This document shows positions 9,011-19,901 of a DNA stretch of 64,000 nucleotides, in pieces. Every line of letters begins with the position of its first letter. Within the stretch, counting starts at the first letter, position 1. The notes beneath the pieces are model-generated. The model did no database searches. It was not told the origin of the DNA and saw only the letters and a list, made by a program, of their open reading frames with translations. This stretch comes from Candidatus Obscuribacteraceae bacterium (lineage in GTDB: Bacteria > Cyanobacteriota > Vampirovibrionia > Obscuribacterales > Obscuribacteraceae). A program made the position numbers and the translations under genes. Location: contig JBGAHS010000003.1 of assembly GCA_044226015.1 (NCBI GenBank), positions 736,001 through 800,000 on the forward strand, written 5' to 3'.

Positions 9011-10642
9011 ATGAATAGACCGACAAAGCAAAATGTAAACACTAAGCTACCAATGATTTATCACACTCCAGGGCTGAAAGAGTTAAATCAAATGGCTCAA
9101 ATGGCACAGACCTACCCGGGCGAATTGATTGAGCAGAGCTGGATGATCGAACCCCAGGTTTTTATATTGACTGCTTTTCGTGGCGGCTCAGGCAACCGTG
9201 GAATCATGACCGCCAAAAAAACAAGCTCCAGTGAGACCACTTGGACTCTTACAAGCAAAGCATCAATCACGTCCCATACAAATCACGAATGGACTCAGGT
9301 AAGTTCTGACGTTGAATTTATCGACAATTTGCTCTCAGTTCTGCCAATAAGATCCGCAGCGACAGCTCCAGAAAACCCTCCGACGCAAGCGCAGCAGGGA
9401 CACGAGCCGTACAGGCAAGAACAAGGAATTACCCAGCAACAAAATGCAAATTCGGCGCCAATATCACAAGGCGGACAAGCTAACTTTGCGTCGTCTTTTG
9501 CGCAAACAGAATCACCCAACAATATAGCGCTTTCTGGCAACTTTCGTACAAGTGATTTGAGCGCGACTTTGCGCACCATTGTCATGTCACGTATGACCGG
9601 CTGTTTAGAAGTTCACGACAAACTTGACGAATTATCCTTGTTTTTTGAGGAAGGACTACTCGTACATGCACAGTACGAAAGCACACTTACTGGCGCAGTA
9701 GTTGCAGTTGGAGATCAAGTCTTGCTTGAGCTAATAGTTCGAGACAGCGGTGATTTTGATTTTCGCCCAGGAAAATGCGTTCCTGAGAGAACAATTCGTG
9801 CCACTTTCGAAGCACTTTTTGAGCAAGCGAAAGCAATTAAGACTTACTGGAAAGAACTGCAAACGAAAGGCATCGATATTGACTCGTCGCTGCAACGCAC
9901 CCAGAATCTGACTCGCGAGCAATTTGAAGCTGTTACAAGAAGAGGAATTCAAGTAAATCAGAATCTTCAAGCCGCGTTTTATCTCGAGTCCGCAAACAAG
10001 AAAACACTCGGAGATATTGCATCAAAACTGAATCTGACATTGACCACCTGGGTTCCAATTTTATACAACCTGATCAAACTCGAACTCGTTTCTGCAAGCA
10101 GTTCTCAAAATGCGGTGATGGATCGATCAGGAATTGTGATCGACGAAATCAAGGTAAATCATGCTCGAAACAACATTGTTCGTATCGAGTCAGGGATGAT
10201 CAGCTACGATTTGTTCATCCACTTTTTGCAGATGGAATTCGAAAGAGCAAAAAAGAGAGCTGATCATTTTTTCTCAGTGATTGTTTTCTCAATTCAAGAT
10301 ATGCATACCGGCGAACCACTATCTGTATTGAGCGTTGGGAAATTAACCGACACAATAGAAAGTGCCAAGGACAAGTTGGACCTCCTGGCACATTTCAGAG
10401 AACATGACTTTATTATTCTCAGTCCATTCTGCACAGCACAACAATGCGCTGCCCTGGCAGAAAAAATCGCAAGTTCAATTAAAGGAGCAAATCTGGAGGG
10501 AATACAGGGACGAGATTTGCGCCTGGCTCTGGGCGTTGCGTCTTATCCACAAAGCAATAATCTTGTTTCTTTGTTGGAAAACGCAGAAGCTGCAAAAAAC
10601 AAAGCCGCTCAAAACAATGTACTGGTTTCAATACACGCTTAG
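9011..10642 (+). CDS. DUF4388-like domain plus degenerate GGDEF-fold protein
   Basis: LSGNF...L...MTGCLEV...LFFEEGLLVHA (DUF4388-like); C-terminal EFERAKK..FSVIVF..DLLAHFREHDFIIL..ALGVASYP. Confidence 0.7.
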   Translation: MNRPTKQNVNTKLPMIYHTPGLKELNQMAQMAQTYPGELIEQSWMIEPQVFILTAFRGGSGNRGIMTAKKTSSSETTWTLTSKASITSHTNHEWTQVSSDVEFIDNLLSVLPIRSAATAPENPPTQAQQGHEPYRQEQGITQQQNANSAPISQGGQANFASSFAQTESPNNIALSGNFRTSDLSATLRTIVMSRMTGCLEVHDKLDELSLFFEEGLLVHAQYESTLTGAVVAVGDQVLLELIVRDSGDFDFRPGKCVPERTIRATFEALFEQAKAIKTYWKELQTKGIDIDSSLQRTQNLTREQFEAVTRRGIQVNQNLQAAFYLESANKKTLGDIASKLNLTLTTWVPILYNLIKLELVSASSSQNAVMDRSGIVIDEIKVNHARNNIVRIESGMISYDLFIHFLQMEFERAKKRADHFFSVIVFSIQDMHTGEPLSVLSVGKLTDTIESAKDKLDLLAHFREHDFIILSPFCTAQQCAALAEKIASSIKGANLEGIQGRDLRLALGVASYPQSNNLVSLLENAEAAKNKAAQNNVLVSIHA

Positions 10643-10651
10643 GCTAGCAAT

Positions 10652-11689
10652 CTATTTTTTCTTGGGTCCAAACCAGGTGAAATGAGGTCTGTCACCTGGC
10701 ACATTGTGAACAAAATTCTCTCTCGTTAGCGCTTCACGTACTTTGGGATCATCGTAATTATCAACATCAATGGAAATTCCATCTTCGTGCTGTGAATGTC
10801 GTTTTGCATGAGGCTGACCCGGCGCACATTTACTGATCAACTCCCGATCAATTGCTCTGCGTCCTGCGCCATTCATGTTTCTGAGTTGAATTGGATGGTT
10901 GCCATTATCGACCAGCCAGTGCTGAGCTCGCATCAATGCATCGGCCGTGCCTTTAGCTAGCCAAAATTCCTGCGTTTCTGGTTCGCACTTAGGAGTGCGC
11001 CGGAAGCCTTGTCCACCCTCAATATGTGAATTATCAATATATACAGCGTTTGGAACGACCTTAGTAACTATTGCTTGATCCTTCACTGGTCTCGTATCAA
11101 AAACAAGAGTGCCACCCTGAGGCTCTGCAAGATGTTTTTGAATTTCAAAGTTAAGACTCTTGCTTAGTTCGTCAATATGTCTCTCGCTAAAAGGTCCATC
11201 TTTTTTCTGGGCGAGTGCCTTCAAGAACAAGTCCAGCTCATTTTCATTTTTAGGCAAAAGCTCATCATGAACAGTCAGCTTGTCGGGATTCTTGCCTCTA
11301 TCCATTTGTAGAGCTCGGGCTGCAGCCGCCATAGCTTCAAGTTCATCAAGCTCAACCGCTCTTCCAAGAATGTCCTGGCCAACCCTTTTCATTACTTGTT
11401 GGTAGCCCTCACCTGGTTGTGGTCGGGAATTTTCCCTGCTTTCTTTAGTCCAGAAAAGGGGCTTACCTACTTCAAGGTGATCACTATCTTTGTCAGATTC
11501 AACTAGCTCTAAATTGCCTAGTTTTCCATCACTAGCTAAGTGTTTACTCTGCTCGGCTGATTGATTGAGCGACCCAGCCCTTTTGTTTTTGTCTTGTGCG
11601 GAAATCGACAGCTCGCTTCCAGCATCCGAAACAGCCTTATCATCTTGCCTTTCGGGCGCAGCAATAATTTGTCTTTCTCGTCCAGCCAT
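10652..11689 (-). CDS. Putative M15 (VanY-like) zinc peptidase domain protein
   Basis: C-terminal R...SQHEDGISIDV...DRPHF resembles the SxHxxGxAxD / ExxH pattern. Confidence 0.55.
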   Translation of the reverse strand: MAGRERQIIAAPERQDDKAVSDAGSELSISAQDKNKRAGSLNQSAEQSKHLASDGKLGNLELVESDKDSDHLEVGKPLFWTKESRENSRPQPGEGYQQVMKRVGQDILGRAVELDELEAMAAAARALQMDRGKNPDKLTVHDELLPKNENELDLFLKALAQKKDGPFSERHIDELSKSLNFEIQKHLAEPQGGTLVFDTRPVKDQAIVTKVVPNAVYIDNSHIEGGQGFRRTPKCEPETQEFWLAKGTADALMRAQHWLVDNGNHPIQLRNMNGAGRRAIDRELISKCAPGQPHAKRHSQHEDGISIDVDNYDDPKVREALTRENFVHNVPGDRPHFTWFGPKKK

Positions 11690-12015
11690 TCAAATCACCC
11701 CGTGTGGATCTGAATTTCAACACAAGACAATCTGATCACCAATCGTAAAAACCCGAAGCAAAGCGGCTCAAACAATTAATTCGCTCTCAACTGCGTCCCA
11801 AAAGTCTTCTGCTCACCAGTTTTTGGAACACGCATTTTTTTACTCTGACTGGAATTTCCAAATGAGCAGGTTCAAGAATCCCCGAGCTGATCCAATTCCT
11901 GGCGCCAAACGCAATGCAGTGGTTTGCATTTTTCCAGCACAAAGCTGTTGAGCCGATTCAAACACGCAAAATAATTCGTGTATGACAAAACATGCAAGCA
12001 GGCTAAAAGATCCCC

Positions 12016-12043
12016 AAAAGAAAACCCCGGGAACCCCGGGGTT
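12016..12043 (-). terminator. Intrinsic terminator of hup
   Basis: AACCCCGGG/CCCGGGGTT stem with T-run on minus strand. Confidence 0.8.
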
Positions 12044-12099
12044 GAATGGATGTTGGGACTGTTAGTTCCTAACCTAATCTCACCTAATTCTTGAAGAGA

Positions 12100-12510
12100 T
12101 TATCTCTTCTTTCCACCTTTTTTAGCTTTTTTAGCTGGCTTAGCAGCAGCCTTTTTGGCTGGCTTTGCAGCAGCTTTCTTAGCTGGCTTTTCAGCCTTTG
12201 CCTTAGCAACGAGGTTCAATGATGGTTGCTTAGCGCGGCCATTAACGATGTCCTTGAGTTCCTTGCCTGCACGGAAAGCCGGTACTTTAGCAGCAGCGAT
12301 CTTCAGCGGGGCGAGGGTACGAGGGTTACGGCCTGTGCGTGCTTTGCGTTGACGGCGCTCGAAGGTACCAAAACCAACAAGGGTCACCTTGTCGCCCTTG
12401 GAGAGAGCACCAGTAACTGCGTGGATAAATGCGGACAATGTACGTGTAACTTCGGACTTTGGTTGCTCAGTGAGTTTTGCCACTTGATCAACGAGCTCAG
12501 CTCGATTCAT
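12100..12510 (-). CDS. hup: DNA-binding protein HU with Lys/Ala-rich PAKK tail
   Basis: MNRAELV..VTLVGFGTF..RKARTGRNPRT..VPAFRAGKELK. Confidence 0.95.
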   Translation of the reverse strand: MNRAELVDQVAKLTEQPKSEVTRTLSAFIHAVTGALSKGDKVTLVGFGTFERRQRKARTGRNPRTLAPLKIAAAKVPAFRAGKELKDIVNGRAKQPSLNLVAKAKAEKPAKKAAAKPAKKAAAKPAKKAKKGGKKR

Positions 12511-12952
12511 TTACGTTCCTCCTTCGAGAATACTCATCCCGACCCATTCGCAAGAGAGAATATCATCACGATCACCTTTAGACAAGTGATTCTGACTGGA
12601 AATCATCAAATTTCTTTTTTCGTTATTCTCTCAAACGGACAGACCAAGGGCATCGCCACAAAGACCAAAAATGCCGCATACATAGACAGGGCATGGATAG
12701 CAGCGATCCGTAGCCATCTGATTCATCATTTAAGCAAAATGCGGATGCTGTCCGGTTTATATACTTCTGTGACAAAGACATATATGCTTAGACGCGCTGT
12801 CAAGAATGTGCGAAAAGGTCATTCCCAAGCCTCGCGACAAAAATAGCAGTTATAATAAACGCTGCGCCCGAGAACGCAAAAGACGCAAAAGGCTGATTCA
12901 CAGTGCCTTTAAGCTGTCACCCAAAATTTCCGAAAAGAGCTGGAGCATATAA

Positions 12953-14179
12953 ATGAATATGAAATCGTCAACAAAAATTTCCGAAATTTTGATCTCGAGC
13001 ACAATCTTTTTTTTCTCGGCAAATAATTTTGCCCTGGCAGCTGAGGGAACTGCCACTGCCAAGCAATTGCCTGCAACAAGCCAATCTAGCGCTGCCGACG
13101 TTAGCAACGGAGTTAGAAATACTCACCCCATTGTCACAAATGACTGGCTAATGTACCGTCAAAATCCCGACCATTGTTCCAGCATCTACGCAGATCAAAT
13201 CTTGCCGATGTCAGGAAAACTCAAATGGAGTTTTCCCGCCGAAGGGGGTATCGACTCAAGTGCAGCCATATTCCACGGAGTAATTTATGTTGGCTGCGAC
13301 GACTACTATCTTTACGCAATCGATTCAAAAACAAAGCAAGCGCTCTGGCACCAAAAATTAGGGTCGAGCATAAAGTCATCGCCCATGGTGATGAACAATG
13401 TAGTGTATGTAGGCTGTGAAGACGGAAAGCTTTATGCTCTAGATGCCCGAACAGGCAAAGAAATCTGGAATTTCGCCGCTACACAAAAAATTTCCTCTTC
13501 GCCAGTGCCCTGCTTAAACAATGTTCTGGTTGGTAGCTGGGACAATAACCTTTACGCAGTCGATATGAAAACAGGTCAGCTCAGTTTCAAATTTGAAACT
13601 CAAGGCAGAGTGGTAGCCTCACCTACTGTAGGACCAGATAATACAGTGTATGTGGCTTCTCACGACGGTAATGTCTACGCCATCAATGGACAAACCGGAG
13701 CTGAACTTTGGAAGTTTCATACTCAGAACAAAGTATATGCAACACCAATGCTAATGGATGGCTTGCTCTACTTCGGAAGCTGGGACAAAACCTTCTACGC
13801 CATCGAAGCTGCCAGCGGAAAACTCAAGTGGAAAGTAACAGGGGCTGAGACTTTCAGCATTTCAGCAGCAGGTGCCAGAGGCAAAGTCTACATCGGCAAC
13901 GACGACTTAAAAATGTATTGCTACGACGCTAAAACAAGCAAGCTTTTCTGGAAAACACCAATCAATAGCCCAATTCCGTTGCTTTCATCATCACCATCAC
14001 TGTCAGGTGGTTACCTCTATGTGGGTAGCTCTGATTCAAACGTGTATTGCCTCGATACCCACAATGGTGGCATTAAGTGGAAGTACAAAACTCAAAGACC
14101 TATTATCAGCTCACCAGCAATAGGTCAAAAGTTTTTAATAGTGGGCAGCCAGGATGGCAACCTATATTGTATTGAATAG
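12953..14179 (+). CDS. Secreted PQQ/BamB-like beta-propeller repeat protein
   Basis: Signal peptide; repeated SSP..VYVG..DG.LYA.DA.TG...W motifs. Confidence 0.9.
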   Translation: MNMKSSTKISEILISSTIFFFSANNFALAAEGTATAKQLPATSQSSAADVSNGVRNTHPIVTNDWLMYRQNPDHCSSIYADQILPMSGKLKWSFPAEGGIDSSAAIFHGVIYVGCDDYYLYAIDSKTKQALWHQKLGSSIKSSPMVMNNVVYVGCEDGKLYALDARTGKEIWNFAATQKISSSPVPCLNNVLVGSWDNNLYAVDMKTGQLSFKFETQGRVVASPTVGPDNTVYVASHDGNVYAINGQTGAELWKFHTQNKVYATPMLMDGLLYFGSWDKTFYAIEAASGKLKWKVTGAETFSISAAGARGKVYIGNDDLKMYCYDAKTSKLFWKTPINSPIPLLSSSPSLSGGYLYVGSSDSNVYCLDTHNGGIKWKYKTQRPIISSPAIGQKFLIVGSQDGNLYCIE

Positions 14180-14192
14180 GAACGCCAATAAT

Positions 14193-16169
14193 TTAGCTAG
14201 CAGCTTCTGGTTTGACGTCTAACTTCATGTCATCAATCTTCCAGTCATTTAGCTCTTTGTCTTTACCGATAACAAAAAGATCAAATCCAGAACCTTTATC
14301 ATAAAAAACTCTTCTATCTACTTTGATGACGACCTTCTGATCATCAGCCTGAACTACTCGAGTTGCTTCTGTGGGAATCAGAGTTTGTCCGTTCGGCAAA
14401 ACTGTCATTGGCACCGCTAGATTTAGTGCCGACTGATCACTGACCTCCCTGTAGTTAGTGAATTTGGCTTTGCTTAAGCTCTGAGCAAATTTCTTTCTCG
14501 ACTCTGTATCGGAGCCTGGAAAATTCTTTTTGATGTAACTGCTGCTGAGCACATCATACGCTTCGTCACATCCGCTCTCATCCTTCATAGACAGCTTGTC
14601 AAAATAATTGAGCACGATGTTGTTTGCCGCGGTCACATTAGCATCTTCTGCCAGGGCTGAGGGATCTTTTGTTTTGTTGACGTCTGGATTGAGGTTCTCA
14701 ACCAGGTCTCCGCCGCTAAGGTCACCCAGGTATTTCACATCCCAAATTGACCCTACAGAAAGAGCTTTCACGTTTATTTTGGCTTTATGCGTATTCGTTA
14801 AATGCACGACTTCATCGCCATTTTTTGCAGTTTCTGGATGTAAGTCGACTTCGGTAACGAAGATTTTTTTGTTAGCAGATTTTGTACGCAAGAAATAAAC
14901 GGTTCCCTTGCACCCCTGGGGCAGAACTTTGCTTCCAGATGAGGAAAACATGAAAAAGGCACCAACACCAAGTGCAGCAACCACTGCCAGGCCAGCTCCG
15001 ATCATCGCAATCGGCGGCTTTGATGCCGGCTCTGGAGAAGCGCCGCCTTGCCTGATTGTGCTTATACTTTGTGAGCCCGAGCGCAAAGTATCAAGGTCTG
15101 CTTTCTTCACTGGTTGAGTCGCATCAGCGCTCATTGCGGCTAGCATGTGGATACTCGCCTTACCCTGCCCAGTTATGGCATAGTTGAGATCTTCTTTGAA
15201 CTGCTGCATGCTGTGATAACGGTGTGAAACTTCTTTCTCAAGCGCCTTAAAAACCACACTTTGCAAATTAAGCGGCAGATTTAACTCAGGACAAAATGAC
15301 TCAAAAGTGGGCGGTGGATCAGATAGGTGCTTAGATGCCGTCTGAACAACGTTCTGCCCTTTGAAAGGAGGACGTCCTGTCAGCGACTCGAACAGCGTGA
15401 TTCCGAGTGAGTAAATATCAGAACTTGGCTCTAAGGGCTTACCCATACATTGTTCAGGACTCATGTAAATAGGGCTGCCGAAAACTTCACCAGTTTTCGT
15501 AAGGTGCTGAGATTCCTTGCCTGACCACGGCATCAACTTTGCCAATCCGAAATCAAGCACTTTGACTACTTCTTCGCCGTCATTAGTACTTGCAAGAAGA
15601 AGGATATTGCTTGGCTTGATATCACGATGAACTACACCTTTTTGATGCGCGTAGTGTAATCCATCCATCACCTGAGAAAAAATTCGCAAGCAACGCACAG
15701 GATTTAAAGGACCTTCACGTCTCAGTAATTCTGCCAGGCTCTCTCCCTGCAAATACTCCATCACTAGAAACGGCTGCTTGCCATCGACCATGCCATAGTC
15801 GAGTTGCGTTATCAGGTTTGGATGTTTCAAATCTGCTGCAGCACTCGCTTCTTGTTGAAATCGCTTTACACTGACCTTGTCTTCCGACAATTGAGCGTGC
15901 AACATTTTCACTGCAACAAAAGAATTTTTCTTGCTAATGTCTTCAGCCAGATAGACTTTCCCCATGCCTCCTTTGCCACAGAGTTCGAGGATTTTGTACT
16001 TATCCATAATCAGCGTATCTAAGTTCTCGTCACCACCGAACGGAACCAGATGTGTTCCATCATCAGGACACGTTGTTATCGCCCCGGTGAATGTCTTGTT
16101 GCAAGCCAGGCACATCTTTTGCAAAGATGCGTATTTGTCTCCTGGAGAAACTGAACCTGAAGAATCCAC
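14193..16169 (-). CDS. Transmembrane Hanks-type Ser/Thr protein kinase
   Basis: GKGGMGKV, VAVK, HRDIKPSN, DFG, YMSPEQ; N-terminal CxxC..CPxD motif; TM helix and extracellular domain; start approximate. Confidence 0.95.
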   Translation of the reverse strand: MDSSGSVSPGDKYASLQKMCLACNKTFTGAITTCPDDGTHLVPFGGDENLDTLIMDKYKILELCGKGGMGKVYLAEDISKKNSFVAVKMLHAQLSEDKVSVKRFQQEASAAADLKHPNLITQLDYGMVDGKQPFLVMEYLQGESLAELLRREGPLNPVRCLRIFSQVMDGLHYAHQKGVVHRDIKPSNILLLASTNDGEEVVKVLDFGLAKLMPWSGKESQHLTKTGEVFGSPIYMSPEQCMGKPLEPSSDIYSLGITLFESLTGRPPFKGQNVVQTASKHLSDPPPTFESFCPELNLPLNLQSVVFKALEKEVSHRYHSMQQFKEDLNYAITGQGKASIHMLAAMSADATQPVKKADLDTLRSGSQSISTIRQGGASPEPASKPPIAMIGAGLAVVAALGVGAFFMFSSSGSKVLPQGCKGTVYFLRTKSANKKIFVTEVDLHPETAKNGDEVVHLTNTHKAKINVKALSVGSIWDVKYLGDLSGGDLVENLNPDVNKTKDPSALAEDANVTAANNIVLNYFDKLSMKDESGCDEAYDVLSSSYIKKNFPGSDTESRKKFAQSLSKAKFTNYREVSDQSALNLAVPMTVLPNGQTLIPTEATRVVQADDQKVVIKVDRRVFYDKGSGFDLFVIGKDKELNDWKIDDMKLDVKPEAAS

Positions 16170-16234
16170 TGATACACCTGCTAATCACTGGCATGTTACA
16201 ACATGAGCACGAGTTTGGCTAACAAAAACAGCAA

Positions 16235-16936
16235 TTATTTTTTGTTAGCTGAGGGCGGAGCTGCTTCGTCCGAGCCTTCTTTTGGCAAATCCTCCTCGTC
16301 ATCAGCATTTCCTTTCTTTTCAGTCTGCTTTTTCTTGAAAGTCTCCGTATTTTGCTTGGCAGCAGCCTGCGCCCTGGCTGTCTTTAGAGCCGCAATGTAA
16401 TCTGGTACCTGCATCAAATAAGTCATTGGTTCAATATACTGGTTCGAATCGTGTTTAATCACTGTGTAGTGAACATGCACGCCCGTCGAACGGCCAGTAG
16501 AACCCGCAAAACCAATAACTTGACCTCTTCTCACCCACATACCCGGTTGCACAGCGTATGCATTCAAATGTCCTACGATTGTTCGTATGTTCGGATAGGG
16601 GTGATAAACCTCTACGGCAACCCCAAGGTTTCCTCTATAACCAACTCTAGTCACAATTCCATCAAGCAGGTTGAACACTTTATCGTTTAATTTTGCGCCA
16701 AGATCGACGCCATTATGAAAGTCACCCTTGCCAGTTACTGGATGAACACGAAACCCTGCTTTAGACGTGACCTGACCCATTCCCACAGGGGTGTAGACCT
16801 GATTGTCCAACATTGGTGAGACCAGAAAGCAGGGAACATAATAGCCTTCAAAATAATAAGCTGATGCCGGCGACGTGAAGCCCAGCAGAACGGCAAATAA
16901 CGCTAATAAGGCTGATTTATGCTTCCAGGTTGTCAT
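16235..16936 (-). CDS. Secreted M23 family metallopeptidase
   Basis: HNGVD, GHL, GSTGRSTGVHVHY; signal peptide. Confidence 0.9.
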   Translation of the reverse strand: MTTWKHKSALLALFAVLLGFTSPASAYYFEGYYVPCFLVSPMLDNQVYTPVGMGQVTSKAGFRVHPVTGKGDFHNGVDLGAKLNDKVFNLLDGIVTRVGYRGNLGVAVEVYHPYPNIRTIVGHLNAYAVQPGMWVRRGQVIGFAGSTGRSTGVHVHYTVIKHDSNQYIEPMTYLMQVPDYIAALKTARAQAAAKQNTETFKKKQTEKKGNADDEEDLPKEGSDEAAPPSANKK

Positions 16937-17046
16937 GACACCTCAAGAGCCTTAAGTACGAGAGATTCATACCACGATTGACAAAGTCGTATATAAGAAT
17001 GGCTCAGAACAAGAAATTTCGCGTGATAATTTACGCTTTGAAGAAA

Positions 17047-18495
17047 CTATGAGGACAACGCTTCATCCAGTAACTTATTCACAAGCTCGGTGTTAGCCTT
17101 GCCTTTGCTGGCTTTCATTATTGCTCCAACAAAAAATTGGCGCACCTTCACTTTACCACTCTTAAATTCTGCAAGCTGATTCGGGTTGTCGGCCAGAGCC
17201 TTGTTGATCATTTCCCGGAGTAAACCTTCGTCTGAAACTTGTGCCAACCCTTTTGCGGAAACATATGCAGAAATCGAAACAGGTTCGGCGTCGGCAGCCA
17301 TGGCTAATACGTCGAGCAGCACCTGCTTTCCGGTACTTGAATTTAAAAGACCCGAGCTTACATTGTCTACGATATCTTTCAAATTGAGCGGGCTCAGCCT
17401 TGTTTCACTGAGTGTTTTCTTCGCTTCATTTAGATAGCCCATGCAAGGACCAAGCAAAAGATTCGCAGTTTGTTTGGCAGCAGCGCCTTCCTTCACCGAA
17501 GCGTCATAGAAGTCAGCGAGTTCTTTATTTTCAACGAGCTGTCCAGCATCAGCAGCTGACAACGCATACTCGCTGACATAACGCTGCCGTCTGGCTTCTG
17601 GAAGTTCTGGAATAGTCTCCCTTATTGCTTGTACCAGGTCTCTGCTAATTAGCATCGGAACCAGGTCAGGCTCTGGAAAATATCTGTAATCATGAGCATC
17701 TTCTTTCGACCTCATTGGAAAAGTGGACTGTGTCCCCTCATTCCAAAGACGGGTTTCCTGAATCACTTTTTCGCCTTTGCTAAGCAGTGCAATCTGGCGA
17801 TCAATCTCAGATTGAATTGCCCTCTGCACGGCCTTAAAGCTATTCATGTTTTTGATTTCGGCCTTGGTGCCTAACTTTTCCTCGCCTTTTGGCCTTATGG
17901 AAACATTAGCGTCACAGCGAAAACTTCCTTCTTCTAAATTGCCATCACAAACATCGAGGTAGCGAAGAATAGTACGCAGCTCTGTCAGGTAGTCTCTGGC
18001 TTCCTCTGGTGTTCTCATGTCGGGTTCACTAACTATTTCAAGCAAAGGAACACCCGTGCGGTTGAAATCAGCAAGGCTGTAGTCAGAGCCATGTAAGCCA
18101 GCTGCACCTTGATGCACTAGCTTGCCAGCATCTTCTTCCAAATGGGCGCGATGAATTCTGACCTTACGCTCGCCCACTACCAAATAGCCGTTCTTGCAAA
18201 CCGGCTGATCGTACTGCGAGACTTGATAAGCTTTCGGCAGGTCAGCATAAAAGTAATTTTTTCTGTCGAATTTGCTATTTTCTGAAATTTCGCAATTGAG
18301 TGCGATACCACATTTGATACCATACTCCAGAGCTTTCCTATTCAGCACAGGCAGAACACCTGGCATACCCAAACAAACGGGGCAGACCTGCTCGTTAGGA
18401 CCTGCGCCAAATTCAGTTGAACAAGAACAGAAAATCTTTGACTTTGTTTTCAGTTGAGCATGTACTTCTAGCCCAATGACTGCTTCGAATTCCAT
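17047..18495 (-). CDS. gatB: Asp/Glu-tRNA amidotransferase subunit B
   Basis: MEFEAVIGLEVHAQL, FDRKNYFYADLPK, RCDANVS, YRYFPEPDL; ATG at 18495. Confidence 0.97.
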   Translation of the reverse strand: MEFEAVIGLEVHAQLKTKSKIFCSCSTEFGAGPNEQVCPVCLGMPGVLPVLNRKALEYGIKCGIALNCEISENSKFDRKNYFYADLPKAYQVSQYDQPVCKNGYLVVGERKVRIHRAHLEEDAGKLVHQGAAGLHGSDYSLADFNRTGVPLLEIVSEPDMRTPEEARDYLTELRTILRYLDVCDGNLEEGSFRCDANVSIRPKGEEKLGTKAEIKNMNSFKAVQRAIQSEIDRQIALLSKGEKVIQETRLWNEGTQSTFPMRSKEDAHDYRYFPEPDLVPMLISRDLVQAIRETIPELPEARRQRYVSEYALSAADAGQLVENKELADFYDASVKEGAAAKQTANLLLGPCMGYLNEAKKTLSETRLSPLNLKDIVDNVSSGLLNSSTGKQVLLDVLAMAADAEPVSISAYVSAKGLAQVSDEGLLREMINKALADNPNQLAEFKSGKVKVRQFFVGAIMKASKGKANTELVNKLLDEALSS

Positions 18496-18590
18496 AGAAT
18501 AGCCCCAAACCCGATAGAAGCCTATGAGTTTACTACTATTGCCTTGATTGATCTGCAACTCTTAAGCAATTCATCGAGAAAGATAGATTT

Positions 18591-19889
18591 TTAGTTGAAG
18601 CCGCCTGAGTTATTAACCGAGGTACCGTCCTGCAAAGTCTCTCTTGTCTTACCTTCCATTCCTGGCTTCATGAACATCATTTGGAACAAAGGAGCTCGCT
18701 TGCCCAGTATGTAGTGAAGCTGTTTAGCAGCGACATCAACGTCAGAAGCTGCGGTCTTCACTTTGTTCATTGTCTGCGTGAGATCAGCCTTGAATGCGGG
18801 GTCTGTCAACATGGTGTTAGCCTTGTTCATGGCTTCTTTTGCATTGTTCATCATGTCTTTCACGTCTGAACGTAAGCCCTGATCATCAGCCAGTTTGTTC
18901 ACAACTTGCATAGATTGTCTTATCTGCTCTGAGGAAGTTTGAATTTTTCCAAGCATGGTGAGCAAATCTTGGCGCAGTTCTTTGTCTTTCACACTTGAGT
19001 TCAAATCAGAAATCGCTGCCTGAACCGAGCTTGCTGTCTTATGCGCAAGCTCCACAGTATCCTTCAGGTCTTTAGTCAACGCAGGATTGTCGAGAATTTT
19101 ACTGACCTTACTGTTAGTTGTTGAAACACCGCGCGCAAGCTCAGTGACTGATTGAAAGCTGGTTTTACCCTCAGTCAGGAAAGCGTTTGCATTGTCTGTG
19201 ACTCTTTCCGCTCTTTCGGCAGTTTTTCCAAATTTATTGGCCATGGCTCCGACGTTATCTGAAGCTTTGCGAAGACTTGCAGTAACTGCAGGCATACTAT
19301 CGAGATTCTTGTCCAGCTTTTCTGCGGCCAGGGAAAGGTGCTTGACGGCTAATCCAGCCTCTTCAGGAGACAGCGATGAGGCTATACCATTGAGCTTTGT
19401 AGCAATGTTATTAACCACCAACTCGACTCTAACTGGGTCTTTCCCCTCAACGACAACATCTTTATTCATCGGAGGCGACTCGGCTGAGCCAAGCTGAGGA
19501 AGCGTGATCTCAATATATTTGGCACCAACAAGGCCGAGTGTTTGAATCGTGATTTCGGCGTTTTGTGGAATTGGGAGCTCCTTCAAACCAGTCACTTTCA
19601 TCTGAGCATAAACTTTCGGAAGCTTTGCTTCAGCTGCGGTGGCATCAGGAGGCTCCTTAAGCCCTTCTGGCAACTTAAAGCTAATCTGACTCACGGTGCC
19701 AACCCGCACCCCCTGGACATTCACCGTCGCGTTGTTGCTCAATCCAGCCAAGTCATGAAAGCGCACCCAAAATATTTGTGGTGGGTCAAAAAGGGAAAAA
19801 CTCTTCAGCCAGGCGAGTCCATAAAGGAGCATCATGATAGCGCCCAGGGCGAAAAATCCAACGCGAAGTTCAAAGTTCTCTCGTGCCAT
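18591..19889 (-). CDS. mlaD: MCE/MlaD family lipid-transport substrate-binding protein
   Basis: ELRVGFF TM anchor, GL...V...GVRVG.V, GLVGAKYIEI, long helical tail. Confidence 0.88.
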   Translation of the reverse strand: MARENFELRVGFFALGAIMMLLYGLAWLKSFSLFDPPQIFWVRFHDLAGLSNNATVNVQGVRVGTVSQISFKLPEGLKEPPDATAAEAKLPKVYAQMKVTGLKELPIPQNAEITIQTLGLVGAKYIEITLPQLGSAESPPMNKDVVVEGKDPVRVELVVNNIATKLNGIASSLSPEEAGLAVKHLSLAAEKLDKNLDSMPAVTASLRKASDNVGAMANKFGKTAERAERVTDNANAFLTEGKTSFQSVTELARGVSTTNSKVSKILDNPALTKDLKDTVELAHKTASSVQAAISDLNSSVKDKELRQDLLTMLGKIQTSSEQIRQSMQVVNKLADDQGLRSDVKDMMNNAKEAMNKANTMLTDPAFKADLTQTMNKVKTAASDVDVAAKQLHYILGKRAPLFQMMFMKPGMEGKTRETLQDGTSVNNSGGFN

Positions 19890-19901
19890 TAGTCCATCCT
19901 G

